Source: Candidatus Micrarchaeota archaeon
Lineage (GTDB): Archaea > Micrarchaeota > Micrarchaeia > Micrarchaeales > CABMGC01
Assembly: GCA_021803945.1 (NCBI GenBank)
Contig: JAJZKW010000001.1
Coordinates: 8,517-72,516 of the forward strand
Reading direction: 5' to 3'
DNA length: 64,000 bases
The number at the start of each line of letters is the position of its first letter. Position 1 is the first letter of the stretch. Shown piece after piece: positions 38,154 to 47,669 of this stretch. A program made the translations under genes and the position numbers. Under the pieces are notes generated by a model that did no database searches, was not told where the DNA came from, and was given only the letters and a program-made list of their open reading frames with translations.

Positions 38154-39248
38154 ATGAACAATATTGAAGTAAAGGTGCCTTCGAATATAAAAATATCCGG
38201 TGAACATTCAGTAGTTTATGGTGGACCAAGCCTATCTGCAGCAACTTCACCATATGCAACAGCAACTTTAAGCGAAACAAGATCTGGACAGTTGGAGATA
38301 TTTCTAAAAGACCTTAAGATTTCAGCCTCGTTTGATGAGCCTACCTTAAGGGAGTTATATGCAGAGTATAGCAAGAGAGATATAACACCCAAAAAGCCAG
38401 AAGACAAAACCCCTACTGACCTTGCAAAGTATATATCAAGACATACCGAAATAACGAAAGAAATGCTTCCATATGCAACTATAGCAGCCAGGCTTCTTGT
38501 AGAGCATGGTATAATCCCCATCAATAAACGTGTCGTTATTCATTCGGATGTGCCAATAGGAAAAGGCTATGCCAGCAGTGCTGTTTGTTCTACAGCATTT
38601 GCAACAGTTCTTATTAAATCTTCTGGAAAACAGATAGATGACCAAACTGCCATAGATATCTCAAGAGATGGAGAGCGGATAGTGCATGGAATAGAAACAG
38701 GAGGAAGACTTGATGTTGGCCCAATATATTTTGGAGGATATGCAATTTTCAGTGCTAAAGATGGGATAAGGTCGTTGCAAATTTCAACGCCAATAAATGT
38801 TGTTGTAATGGATGTAGGACAAAAACCACCTACCTCAGAGATGGTCAAAAAAGTAAGAGCATTATGGACTGAAGACCAGTCAGGCACAGAGAAGATACTC
38901 AGAGAAATAGACGACATTGTATTGAAATGTATAGCTGCACTTAAAAGCGGCGATTTAGAAGAACTTGGAAGACAAATGTATGATAATCATAAACTCTTGA
39001 AGAAACTTGGGGTTTCCTCCGACAAACTCGATGACGCTGTTTCTATTGCAATGGCAAATGGAGCCCTTGGTGCAAAGTTGTGCGGCGGCGGAGGCGGAGG
39101 AATGGGCATAGCTCTTGTAAAAGACGAAGCTACAGCTAAAAAAGTCATAAACGCGCTTAAAAGTAAAGGTTATGGAGCATACCATAGCGATGTAACACTA
39201 AACGGCGCAAAGAGTTTCTTAAAGCAGAGAAAAAAGACCAAAGTGTGA
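38154..39248 (+). CDS. mvk: Mevalonate kinase (GHMP family)
   Basis: 'IKISGEHSVVYGGPSLSAA' (motif I), 'PIGKGYASSAVCS' (motif II), 'AKLCGGGGGGMGIALV' (motif III). Confidence 0.85.
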   Translation: MNNIEVKVPSNIKISGEHSVVYGGPSLSAATSPYATATLSETRSGQLEIFLKDLKISASFDEPTLRELYAEYSKRDITPKKPEDKTPTDLAKYISRHTEITKEMLPYATIAARLLVEHGIIPINKRVVIHSDVPIGKGYASSAVCSTAFATVLIKSSGKQIDDQTAIDISRDGERIVHGIETGGRLDVGPIYFGGYAIFSAKDGIRSLQISTPINVVVMDVGQKPPTSEMVKKVRALWTEDQSGTEKILREIDDIVLKCIAALKSGDLEELGRQMYDNHKLLKKLGVSSDKLDDAVSIAMANGALGAKLCGGGGGGMGIALVKDEATAKKVINALKSKGYGAYHSDVTLNGAKSFLKQRKKTKV

Positions 39249-39255
39249 TAACAAT

Positions 39256-40341
39256 ATGCAAAAAACCAGAGGAAAAGTAACTGAAAAAGTTACAACGGCA
39301 ATAGGAACTTCAAATATAGCATTTGTCAAGTATTGGGGCAGAAGAGAAGAAAGAATCAATCTCCCAATGAACTCGAGCATAAGCATGACTCTTGATGACA
39401 CGATGAGTACAAAAACAAGCGTGATTTTTTCAAATGACATGGATTGTGACAGGCTGTTTATAGATGGAAAAGAAGAGGACCTAAGAGGAGAACCAAGCGA
39501 GAAATCAAAATTCACAATGGACATGCTTAATTATCTAAGAATAATAAGCAATCAAGATGCACATGTGCTCATAGTTTCAGAAAATGGGTTTCCATCCAGT
39601 AGTGGACTCGCATCAAGCGCATCTGGAGGGGCAACATTAGCGTTTGCCTTGTCGCATGCGCTGAATTTAGGCTTATCACAAAGAGAAATATCCATAATTG
39701 CAAGAAGAATAAGCGGAAGCGCATGCAGAAGTGTTTATGGCGGTATAGTAAAATGGAACAAAGGCTCAAAAGCCGACGGATCAGACTCTTATGCAGAGCA
39801 AGTAGTAAATGAAAACTACTGGTCAGATCTCACAGACATTATTGCAATAGCAGATCCTTCAAAGAAAAAAGTATCATCTAGCACTGGCCATTCCTCTACA
39901 ATTCGAACAAGTTCATTATATGCTTCAAGACCAGCATTCGCTGAAGAAGGAACAGGGATTGTTGCTAGCGCTGTACTTTCAAAAGATTTTCAAAAACTTG
40001 CAGAGGCGATAATGAGGGATAGTAACAATATGCATGCAACCATGCTTGATACCTGGCCACCAATAATCTACCTAACTGATACATCAAGAGATATAATGTA
40101 TGCTATACACGAATTAAACTTGAGAAGCGGCCAGTATGTCGCTGCTTATACTTTCGATGCGGGTGCCAATGCCCACATCATAACTACAGCAAGGCATGCA
40201 AATGAAATATTAGATTTACTTAAAGATGTTCCAGGGGTAACTGACACAATAAAATCAAAATCGGGAAGTGGTCCTAGAATCCTAGGGGATGACGCTTCGC
40301 TTATAGATGCAGACGCCCTTATTCCACTCAAAAGGCGATAA
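39256..40341 (+). CDS. Diphosphomevalonate decarboxylase family paralog A (candidate phosphomevalonate decarboxylase)
   Basis: 'SNIAFVKYWGRREE', 'GFPSSSGLASSASG', 'ISGSACRSVYGG', 'YTFDAGANAHII'. Lies in an operon between mvk and the isopentenyl phosphate kinase gene. Confidence 0.8.
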   Translation: MQKTRGKVTEKVTTAIGTSNIAFVKYWGRREERINLPMNSSISMTLDDTMSTKTSVIFSNDMDCDRLFIDGKEEDLRGEPSEKSKFTMDMLNYLRIISNQDAHVLIVSENGFPSSSGLASSASGGATLAFALSHALNLGLSQREISIIARRISGSACRSVYGGIVKWNKGSKADGSDSYAEQVVNENYWSDLTDIIAIADPSKKKVSSSTGHSSTIRTSSLYASRPAFAEEGTGIVASAVLSKDFQKLAEAIMRDSNNMHATMLDTWPPIIYLTDTSRDIMYAIHELNLRSGQYVAAYTFDAGANAHIITTARHANEILDLLKDVPGVTDTIKSKSGSGPRILGDDASLIDADALIPLKRR

Positions 40342-41137
40342 AATAAGCAAGCTTATTTTGGTAAAATTAGGCGGTAGCGTAATAACAGATATAAATAAAC
40401 CTAAAACCCCAAAACTGCACGAAATACGACGACTTATAAATGAGATTAAAGTAGCAGGAAAACATAAAAAAATAATTATCGGACATGGAGGAGGATCATT
40501 TCCGCATGTCCCAGCGCAGAAATATAAAGTGAGTTTTGGATTTATCAACTCAAAAAGCGCGATTGGAACATCTGTTACACAACGTTCGGCATCAGAGCTT
40601 CACCACATCATAATAAATGAGATGATAAAAGCAGGCCTATCTGCGTTATCTTTTCCTCCATCGAGCGGCGCTGTTGCAAATAAGAAAAGAATAATCAGTT
40701 GGAATACAAAAGCGATAGTAAAAGCGCTTTCGTTAAACTTCGTGCCTGTAGTCTATGGAGACATAACGCTTGACAATAAACAAGGCGTGTGTGTAGTATC
40801 AACAGAAGAAGTATTCAGATATCTTGCCACAAAACTCAAACCAACAAAGATAATAATAGGAACAGATGTAGATGGTGTCTTTAGTGCAGATCCTCAAACT
40901 GTGAAAGACGCAAAGATCATAACAAAGATAGGAACATCTGATATTAGAAAAGTTGCATTCTCCTCAATTAATAGAAAATACAACGTTACTGGAAGCATGC
41001 AAAGCAAAGTAAAGCTTCTATGTGAGATATCAAAGAAGAACTCAGTAACATGCCAAATAGTGAATGCGCGCATCCCAGGAAGGATACACGATGCGATATT
41101 GGGAAAACCTGTTATCTCCACTATAATTAAATTCTAA
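40307..41137 (+). CDS. Isopentenyl phosphate kinase (amino acid kinase fold)
   Basis: 'LILVKLGGSVITD', 'IIGHGGGSFPHVPAQKY', 'VVYGD', 'IIIGTDVDGVFSADP'. The true start may be downstream of 40307 (35-nt overlap with the preceding gene). Confidence 0.8.
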   Translation: MQTPLFHSKGDKISKLILVKLGGSVITDINKPKTPKLHEIRRLINEIKVAGKHKKIIIGHGGGSFPHVPAQKYKVSFGFINSKSAIGTSVTQRSASELHHIIINEMIKAGLSALSFPPSSGAVANKKRIISWNTKAIVKALSLNFVPVVYGDITLDNKQGVCVVSTEEVFRYLATKLKPTKIIIGTDVDGVFSADPQTVKDAKIITKIGTSDIRKVAFSSINRKYNVTGSMQSKVKLLCEISKKNSVTCQIVNARIPGRIHDAILGKPVISTIIKF

Positions 41138-41152
41138 TCCTACTCGTTAGGG

Positions 41153-41158
41153 TTTTTT
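41153..41158 (+). terminator. Oligo-T tract after the mvk operon
   Basis: A T6 run lies 16 nt after the IPK stop, in the convergent intergenic region. Archaeal terminators are typically oligo-T. Confidence 0.3.
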
Positions 41159-41312
41159 AATTATCCAAAGAAATCCGCTTAGAAGCGTTGGACTACTTAA
41201 CATTGAAGGACGAAGGAATACCATAAAAAATAGCACATAAAAATGAGTCTATGCAATAATTTATCAATCAATAGCTTAAGTAACGTAATCAAAATATACT
41301 TAAATTATATGA

Positions 41313-42464
41313 TTATAACGCTCCAGTATCTACTGTGCCTATGTCAATCATGTTTAATTCCTTTCTTGTTCTCCAGAACGAGTGAAGTCTCTTCTGTTCC
41401 TTATCATCCAGCGAAAGCGCAGCAATAGCATCCTTACCTCCAGCTCCAGGAAGCTTCGCAACGAATGCGCCATTGTTCTTGCTTTCTTCTATAAGCCTTG
41501 TGCAATCGTCAGGTTCAATGCTGACATTGCTTAACAGTCCCAATTTCTTTGTAAGTGATCTGCCTCTGTCAAATGCATCTTTGAATTCATCCAGTCCCTT
41601 GTCATTGCCGTTATTGATCTCTTTCAGAGCATTCACAGTTTTCCAGTTCTCCTCATTTATGTCCATAATCAGGTCGGAGTATGTATCTGGGTCGTTCTTC
41701 TTGAATTCCGAAACACTGCCTACAGCTTGCGTTGTTATCATAGATTCTCCAAAGTTTGCGAATGACAACTTGAAATCTCTGGGCAGTGAGAGTTTCTCTA
41801 TCTTATAATCCCATGATGTCTTTACCAAATCTACAAGCTGTTGGTTAGTGTAATCTGTAGGTAAGTTTTTTACCATTTCAGGAGAATATCTTGTATACAA
41901 TATGCTTCCGTAAGACGCAGCTGCTATATCAAATCCGCTCCCCACTTTTCCTGTTGCTATACTGTGTGCAATTTGTGCAAGTTTATGGAGCGCATCATTC
42001 TCACCGAAACTTATCTCAAACGACTTGAGGATAGCACCTACAGTTGCAACTGTTATCGCTGCGCTGCTACCCAAACCGCTTTTCACAACCTTCCCAGTGG
42101 AAATGCTGTATGCAAACGGGGTGTCATTTTTAGCTGCTATATTAAATCCCGAAACCCTTTCTCCAATACCTGCAGCATACCTAGAAGCTATCTCCGCGGC
42201 AGTCTTGAATAGAAGAAGTTCTTTTGGCACAGAGACCGTAATACATCCTGAATCGCCATCTATAATTCCCCTTGATGACATATTTAGCTGTGGCGCATCA
42301 AGCACTACCTCCTTCATTCTGTTGACCTCCAGAGTAGTAGTTACATAGGCGTTCACGGCACTTACAAATGATATGTTTGGTCTCTCAAGTACGGAGTATC
42401 CGCCTACCCAAAGTATCTTGCCAGGCGCTTTTGCATTCGAATCCTTCATCCCCATACCTTTCAC
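41313..42464 (-). CDS. Phosphomevalonate kinase (ERG8/GHMP type)
   Basis: 'APGKILWVGGYSVLERPN' matches the ERG8-type N-terminus (APGKxLLAGGYLVL). 'KSGLGSSAAITVA' is GHMP motif II and 'AKLPGAGGKDAIAAL' is motif III. Confidence 0.8.
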   Translation of the reverse strand: MKGMGMKDSNAKAPGKILWVGGYSVLERPNISFVSAVNAYVTTTLEVNRMKEVVLDAPQLNMSSRGIIDGDSGCITVSVPKELLLFKTAAEIASRYAAGIGERVSGFNIAAKNDTPFAYSISTGKVVKSGLGSSAAITVATVGAILKSFEISFGENDALHKLAQIAHSIATGKVGSGFDIAAASYGSILYTRYSPEMVKNLPTDYTNQQLVDLVKTSWDYKIEKLSLPRDFKLSFANFGESMITTQAVGSVSEFKKNDPDTYSDLIMDINEENWKTVNALKEINNGNDKGLDEFKDAFDRGRSLTKKLGLLSNVSIEPDDCTRLIEESKNNGAFVAKLPGAGGKDAIAALSLDDKEQKRLHSFWRTRKELNMIDIGTVDTGAL

Positions 42465-43534
42465 TATACCGAATGCTTATTTACAAGATCTTCAGTTATC
42501 AATGATTCTTCTTCTCTCAAAAGTCTAGGGCCACAACCAACTTTTGATGACTTTATGTACTGTATCTCACCATTGTCCTCAAGATCCTTAAGTGTTGCAA
42601 GAACTTTTTCCTGGTGCTTCTTTTCGGTTATTATCTGCGGATTTGGACCAGCATCAAAGGTATATCCTGCTATGTTCCTGCCTTCAGACAGGTTAAGTTC
42701 TTCTATCCTATCCATCACATCAAATGATTCCTTGCTTAGGTATCTTATTGAAGGTACTGTACTAAGCATTAATGCATGCATCTCATTGCTGTCTGCCATT
42801 GCAAGGGCAGCTACGGTATGTATATCCTTATTCCTGTAAGCTTCTATCATCTTTTCAATTCTATTTTCTGCTGATTCAGGCCTTAACCTGTAAAGTGGGT
42901 TTGTTTCTACTGTTTGTTTCATCCCTGACCTTGAAGACACCTTCTTCCTTTTCTGTGACACAACAACTATATCGTCAATTATTTCTGGCCAGTAATTCTC
43001 GTCAAACACCTGCTCTGCATAAGAATCACTTCCGTCAGTCAGATGCCCTTTTCTCCACACCACGATCCCACCGAATATACTTCTGCATGCGCTTCCGCTT
43101 CCCTGTCTAGCTATGATTGACAGTTCTTTTTGGTTCAGTTTGGTTCCAAGGGCTTCATTTACAGTATACACGAGGGTTGCTATTCCAGATGCGCTTGATG
43201 CGAGTCCGCTTGCGGTGGGGAAAGTGTTTTTCGATACGACCATTACCTTCAAATCTGCGTTTGCAAAATTCCTAAGCTGATTGATTATTCCAAATCTCTC
43301 CCTTATTTCTGCATCTGCAAGATTTTGCTGTTGTCCGTCAAGGTAGAAAACATCTTCCTTTAGTTTTTCAGAGAACATCACACTTGTAGTTGTGTGAAGC
43401 ACATCTCCTGACATAGTCATGCTCAAAGACGAATTATATGGCAATATGAGCTTCTCATCTCTTTTTCCCCAGTATTTTATGAACGCTATATTAGGTGATC
43501 CCCGCGCAGTAAAGACTTTTTCATCTGATAACAT
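42464..43534 (-). CDS. Diphosphomevalonate decarboxylase family paralog B (candidate classical MDD)
   Basis: 'PNIAFIKYWGKRDEKL', 'TFPTASGLASSASG', 'GSGSACRSIFGG', 'YTFDAGPNPQII'. The stop overlaps the start of the PMK gene (operon). Confidence 0.8.
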   Translation of the reverse strand: MLSDEKVFTARGSPNIAFIKYWGKRDEKLILPYNSSLSMTMSGDVLHTTTSVMFSEKLKEDVFYLDGQQQNLADAEIRERFGIINQLRNFANADLKVMVVSKNTFPTASGLASSASGIATLVYTVNEALGTKLNQKELSIIARQGSGSACRSIFGGIVVWRKGHLTDGSDSYAEQVFDENYWPEIIDDIVVVSQKRKKVSSRSGMKQTVETNPLYRLRPESAENRIEKMIEAYRNKDIHTVAALAMADSNEMHALMLSTVPSIRYLSKESFDVMDRIEELNLSEGRNIAGYTFDAGPNPQIITEKKHQEKVLATLKDLEDNGEIQYIKSSKVGCGPRLLREEESLITEDLVNKHSV

Positions 43535-43596
43535 AATATCAGCTAATCTAGTATCGACATAACTATTTATACTTCTTTGCCTAGATTGTTACGGGT

Positions 43597-44259
43597 GTGC
43601 GCATTAAAAAAGAATTACACCTCAAGCTCGATATAGGGTACAAATCGGTTCCAGGAGCCGACCATGCGTACGGAGACAGGGTACTGGCGGACAGCTCCAG
43701 AGGCCTCTTTGCCGTAGCGGACAGCTACGGGATTTCGCCAAACAGGGGCAGCGTGCCTTCGAGGCTGGCGACGTACATGCTTGCAGACTTCTTCAAGGGA
43801 GACCTCCGGGAGGCGATATCAATGGTTGACAGGACGATGTCAAAGCTCTGCGAGTTCGATGATGGAATCGGCGCTGCGACGATGACTGCAGCATTCATAA
43901 AAGAGGGCGTGCTGAGCGTTGCAAACGTAGGCAACAATCCAGCTTACCTCCTAAGGGATGGAACCATGGCAAAGCTGTATACTCCTGAAAAGCCCAGACG
44001 GGACGGCAGCCTTTCGCAGCATATACTAAGCGGGGAAGGAATCCGGCTGCATATGTGCCAACGTGCCCTGAAGCCTGGAGACATAGTAGTCATAGCATCC
44101 GACGGTGTCCTAAACATACTCAATCCCAGAGACATGCTCCTATTTTCCAGCATGCGCATGGATGCGGCAGCCTCCAGCCTGATAGATCTCTCGCAGGCCA
44201 TCGAAAAAGGAGCAGGCGATGACAAGAGCATAATACTGGTGAAGGCAGAGCGTGCCTGA
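43597..44259 (+). CDS. PP2C/SpoIIE-like protein phosphatase domain protein
   Basis: 'LFAVADSYG', 'TMTAAFI', 'SVANVGNNPAYLLRDG', 'VIASDGV', 'DDKSIILV' follow the PPM block order. The usual 'GDSR' reads 'GNNP'. GTG start. Confidence 0.6.
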   Translation: MRIKKELHLKLDIGYKSVPGADHAYGDRVLADSSRGLFAVADSYGISPNRGSVPSRLATYMLADFFKGDLREAISMVDRTMSKLCEFDDGIGAATMTAAFIKEGVLSVANVGNNPAYLLRDGTMAKLYTPEKPRRDGSLSQHILSGEGIRLHMCQRALKPGDIVVIASDGVLNILNPRDMLLFSSMRMDAAASSLIDLSQAIEKGAGDDKSIILVKAERA

Positions 44260-44295
44260 CCCCGCGCGATAGCCCAGGCAATATTTTTTATACGT

Positions 44296-46020
44296 GTGGG
44301 CAGGTATCTTATCATGATTATAGGGTATGTATTCACAACGGTATTCATCGCGCTTTTCGCTACCCTCATTGCTTCGGCATTCCTTTCCAGGAAGAGGATA
44401 TCAAAGGCTCTTTCAGGAAAGATCAGCCTCTTATCTGCTGCAATGGCTCTGGCTGCCATTGTCTTCTTTCTATCATTCTCCGTGCTTTTCGTTCATCCTG
44501 TGGAGCAGCTTTACTTCGACGAGAACATATACCAGGGCATTGCGCTGAACATACTCCACAGCGGCAATGCGCTGTGGTGCCAGTACGGCACCGCCCTGCT
44601 CTCCTCATGCCCCACCAGCGTTCTATACCACGACCCTGTCGAGATCTCATTCTTCCTTGCGCTGGCATTCGGGCTCTTCGGGGCAGGGATGCAGACTGCA
44701 TACGCCCTTGAGCTTGCTGTCGGCGCCCTGGCGATACTTTTCGTCTTCCTCCTCTCCTCATCCCTATTCGGCAAAAAAACAGGCGCAGCTTCCGCCATAG
44801 TATTTGCCCTGATGCCAGAGCTGTTCATCTGGTCGAGGACGCAGGCCATACCAGACCTCTATTTCACGACTTTCTCAGTGCTTGCGTTCTTCGCCTATTC
44901 GGTTTACAGGAAGCAGCGCAGCCATTCCACCCTTGCATTCCTGCTCTCTTCCCTCGGTATTGCAGTGTACATGAGGATAGAGGGCATAATCCTCCTGCCT
45001 ATATTCCTCGCGCTGGCATTTTACGACACGGCTGCCCTGCATGGGATAAAGGAGGGTATAGACAGGCTTGTTAATCCTAGGGATTCAGCAAAGGTCGCCC
45101 TAATAGTTCTGTTCTCAGCCATGATGATACCTGAGGCCGCGTACATAATGCACGAGTATCAGAACCCGAGCTATGGCGCAACTGCGATATGCAACTCGGC
45201 TTTAGCATCGGATTTCTCCCTAGGCAACCTGGCATGCAACATCTCTCCGAATGTCAAGTTCTTCCTCGGGGCCTTCAATTCCATGCCATACTACCCCGCA
45301 TATTTCTCGGTAATTACCACGGTAATTGCAATAATCGGGCTTTCGTCCCTGCTGCTTAACGTGAAGAAAAGGGGATACACCCCTCTGCTCATTCTCGTCC
45401 TTTGGATAGCCTCATTCTATCTCTTTTACAGCGCCTTCTATGCAGGGTCTGTGCTCTTCGGTGTGGATGTCAGGTTTATGCTCATAATCTACCCTGCAAT
45501 CGCCATCCTGGCAGGCATAGGAATTTCAAGCCTAAGCGATCTTATGCCTGGCAAAAAGCGCAATGCAGGGAAGGCGCTCTCGTCAGCGGCTTTTGCGGCC
45601 CTTATCGTGGCATTTGCAGCATACCCTTTCCTCAATTCCATGAGCATAATAACAATGAACACCTCGCAGATGCCCCAGCAGCAGACAGCCCTCAACGCTG
45701 TCAACTTCATATACCAGAATGCGGCCAAGGTGCCTGCAGACTGCCTGGTCTTCACATTCACCCCTGACGTATGGTACGAGCTGAACAGGAGCGCTGCCCA
45801 GGTGGGTTATTTCGGCGCATCAGATCCGAACTTCACGAGGTTTGCATCAAGGTTCAGCTGCTTTGTCTTTGACCAGGGGTACTGGTGCACGACCACCCAG
45901 TACAAGAACAGCGTCTGCGCTGCAGACCTAGCGAGATACGGTTCGACTGCGATAGCCGCAGCCCCAATCCCAGGCCAGCTAGGCAATGTCTCTCTGTACT
46001 ACGTAAATGGGTATAAGTGA
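44296..46020 (+). CDS. GT-C fold membrane glycosyltransferase (family 39/ArnT/PMT-like)
   Basis: 574 aa with about 11 TM helices, an acidic first-loop motif 'YFDENIYQG' and a C-terminal soluble domain. The AglB WWDxG motif was not seen. Confidence 0.55.
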   Translation: MGRYLIMIIGYVFTTVFIALFATLIASAFLSRKRISKALSGKISLLSAAMALAAIVFFLSFSVLFVHPVEQLYFDENIYQGIALNILHSGNALWCQYGTALLSSCPTSVLYHDPVEISFFLALAFGLFGAGMQTAYALELAVGALAILFVFLLSSSLFGKKTGAASAIVFALMPELFIWSRTQAIPDLYFTTFSVLAFFAYSVYRKQRSHSTLAFLLSSLGIAVYMRIEGIILLPIFLALAFYDTAALHGIKEGIDRLVNPRDSAKVALIVLFSAMMIPEAAYIMHEYQNPSYGATAICNSALASDFSLGNLACNISPNVKFFLGAFNSMPYYPAYFSVITTVIAIIGLSSLLLNVKKRGYTPLLILVLWIASFYLFYSAFYAGSVLFGVDVRFMLIIYPAIAILAGIGISSLSDLMPGKKRNAGKALSSAAFAALIVAFAAYPFLNSMSIITMNTSQMPQQQTALNAVNFIYQNAAKVPADCLVFTFTPDVWYELNRSAAQVGYFGASDPNFTRFASRFSCFVFDQGYWCTTTQYKNSVCAADLARYGSTAIAAAPIPGQLGNVSLYYVNGYK

Positions 46021-46197
46021 CGGGCTGCCCAAAAAGGGCACGCAAAGGCTTTTAAGCATGACTTCGCCTGCTGACGTCTAACCGATGCAAAGCTTTAAAT
46101 ATCTAATTATGCATCATTTATCCACTAGTTTTTAGCGGGTTTTAAAAAATTTGTTATGGGATTTGCCGCATGTTTGCGTTATATTTAAGTGATTGAA

Positions 46198-47226
46198 ATG
46201 GCCAAGACGAACAAGATTCAAAAGAAGGGCAGCCAGGGCAGACCTAGCGATATAGAGATAGTGAACCAGGCGGAATTCGAGCCGCGAAGCGCAGATACCC
46301 CAAGGCCTATGCGGCCAGGGGAGATAAAGAAATGCGCGAGCTGCGGAAGCGCAGACATAATATTCGACAATGAGAAGGGAGAGTACGTATGCAACAACTG
46401 CGGCCTGATCATAGAGGAGAACGTCACGGATTCAGGGCCTGAGTGGAGGGCATTCGACGCGGACCAGAGGAATGCGAGGGCAAGGACAGGGGCACCGATA
46501 AAGTACATGAAGCCGAACAAGGGCCTTGTCACAGAAATAGACATGTACAACAAAGATATAAGAGGAACCAAGCTCCCATCGAAGAGGCAGGCACAGCTCT
46601 ACAGGATGAGGAAATGGCACAAAAGGGCCAGCATAGCGAGCTCCAGCGAGAGGAACTACCTCATAGCGCTTCCTGAGCTGAACAGGGTTGCAAGCTATCT
46701 CGGCCTACCTGACAACATAAGGGAGCAGGCAGCGCTGCTCTACAGGCAGTGCGTCAAGAACAACCTAATAAGGGGAAGGCCTATAGAGACTGTTGTAAAT
46801 GCTGCCCTATATGCGACGTGCAGGTCAGCAGGCATGCCAAGGACATTGGACGAGATTGCAAATGTTTCAGGCGTGCCAAAGAAGGAGATAGGCAGGTCCT
46901 TCAGGGTGATAGCGCATGAGCTCAGGCTGAAGATACCGCTTACAGACCCGTCAAGCTATGTTCCCAGATACGTATCAGCGCTCAAGCTGAGCGGAGATGC
47001 GCAGGAGAAGGCAGTGCTTCTACTCAAGCAGGCCATGAAGAAAGGGCTTGTTAGCGGAAGGAGCCCGACAGGAGTCTCTGCGGCTGCAGTATACATCGCA
47101 GGAGCGCTGGTAGGCGAGCGGAGGACGCAGAAGGAGGTAGCCGACGTTGCAGGAGTGACAGAAGTTACCATAAGGAACAGGTACAGGGAGCTCAAGAAGG
47201 AACTCGACATAGACGTAAACCTGTGA
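46198..47226 (+). CDS. tfb: Transcription initiation factor IIB (TFB)
   Basis: Zn ribbon 'CASCGSADIIFDNEKGEYVCNNCG', B-finger/linker region and two cyclin repeats ('AALYATCR...PRTLDEIA', 'AAAVYIAG...RTQKEVADVAGVTEVTIRNRY'). Confidence 0.95.
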   Translation: MAKTNKIQKKGSQGRPSDIEIVNQAEFEPRSADTPRPMRPGEIKKCASCGSADIIFDNEKGEYVCNNCGLIIEENVTDSGPEWRAFDADQRNARARTGAPIKYMKPNKGLVTEIDMYNKDIRGTKLPSKRQAQLYRMRKWHKRASIASSSERNYLIALPELNRVASYLGLPDNIREQAALLYRQCVKNNLIRGRPIETVVNAALYATCRSAGMPRTLDEIANVSGVPKKEIGRSFRVIAHELRLKIPLTDPSSYVPRYVSALKLSGDAQEKAVLLLKQAMKKGLVSGRSPTGVSAAAVYIAGALVGERRTQKEVADVAGVTEVTIRNRYRELKKELDIDVNL

Positions 47227-47230
47227 GCGC

Positions 47231-47665
47231 ATGCTCGCGGATTTACGGAGTGATCCCATGAAGCAGGAGATGCGTGTTTTTTTAGCCCTGCTTATCTTCC
47301 CTGTGCTGCTTAGCGCCCAGCAGATGTCAGGCACAAACTACACCAGTTCGCAGGCAAACCAGACCATAGCCTCCGCATATTCCTACGTAAACACTGTGAA
47401 TGAGAGCGGTTACCTTGTCTTCCAGCCTAACCTGACAGCGTCGTACAGGTACCTGCTTATGGCATCGCAGATATACAACAGGTCGCCGGACACTGCAGTG
47501 TTCTACGCGCAGAAGGCGCAGCAGATTGCGCAGCAGCAGTACAGCAGCATGGGCTACTACAGGCAGAGGTCGTTTTTCGTTATCGCAGCCATAGCAATAG
47601 CATTTATGGTCATGCTTGCCAAGGTCATGCGTCCTGTAAGTCTCAGGAGAAGAGCAAAGAGATGA
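47231..47665 (+). CDS. Hypothetical secreted/membrane-anchored protein
   Basis: Signal-like 'VFLALLIFPVLLSAQQ', C-terminal TM 'FFVIAAIAIAFMVMLA' plus a basic tail. No family recognised. Confidence 0.35.
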   Translation: MLADLRSDPMKQEMRVFLALLIFPVLLSAQQMSGTNYTSSQANQTIASAYSYVNTVNESGYLVFQPNLTASYRYLLMASQIYNRSPDTAVFYAQKAQQIAQQQYSSMGYYRQRSFFVIAAIAIAFMVMLAKVMRPVSLRRRAKR

Positions 47666-47669
47666 ATTC

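Noticed and set aside
39256-43534. Interpreting the two MDD-family paralogs as the Thermoplasma-type mevalonate-3-kinase / mevalonate-3,5-bisphosphate decarboxylase pair.
   Set aside because: A classical mevalonate 5-kinase and an ERG8-type PMK sit in the same locus, and both paralogs retain the 'FDAG.N' Asp that (as I recall) is lost in mevalonate-3-kinase. This is a tentative rejection that needs phylogeny.
44423-44849. Arg/Gly-rich 112-aa minus-strand ORFs and the 73-77-aa plus-strand alternatives inside 44296-46020.
   Set aside because: They overlap the long multi-TM GT-C ORF. Their extreme Arg/Gly/Pro composition is characteristic of off-frame reading of a G+C-richer membrane-protein gene.
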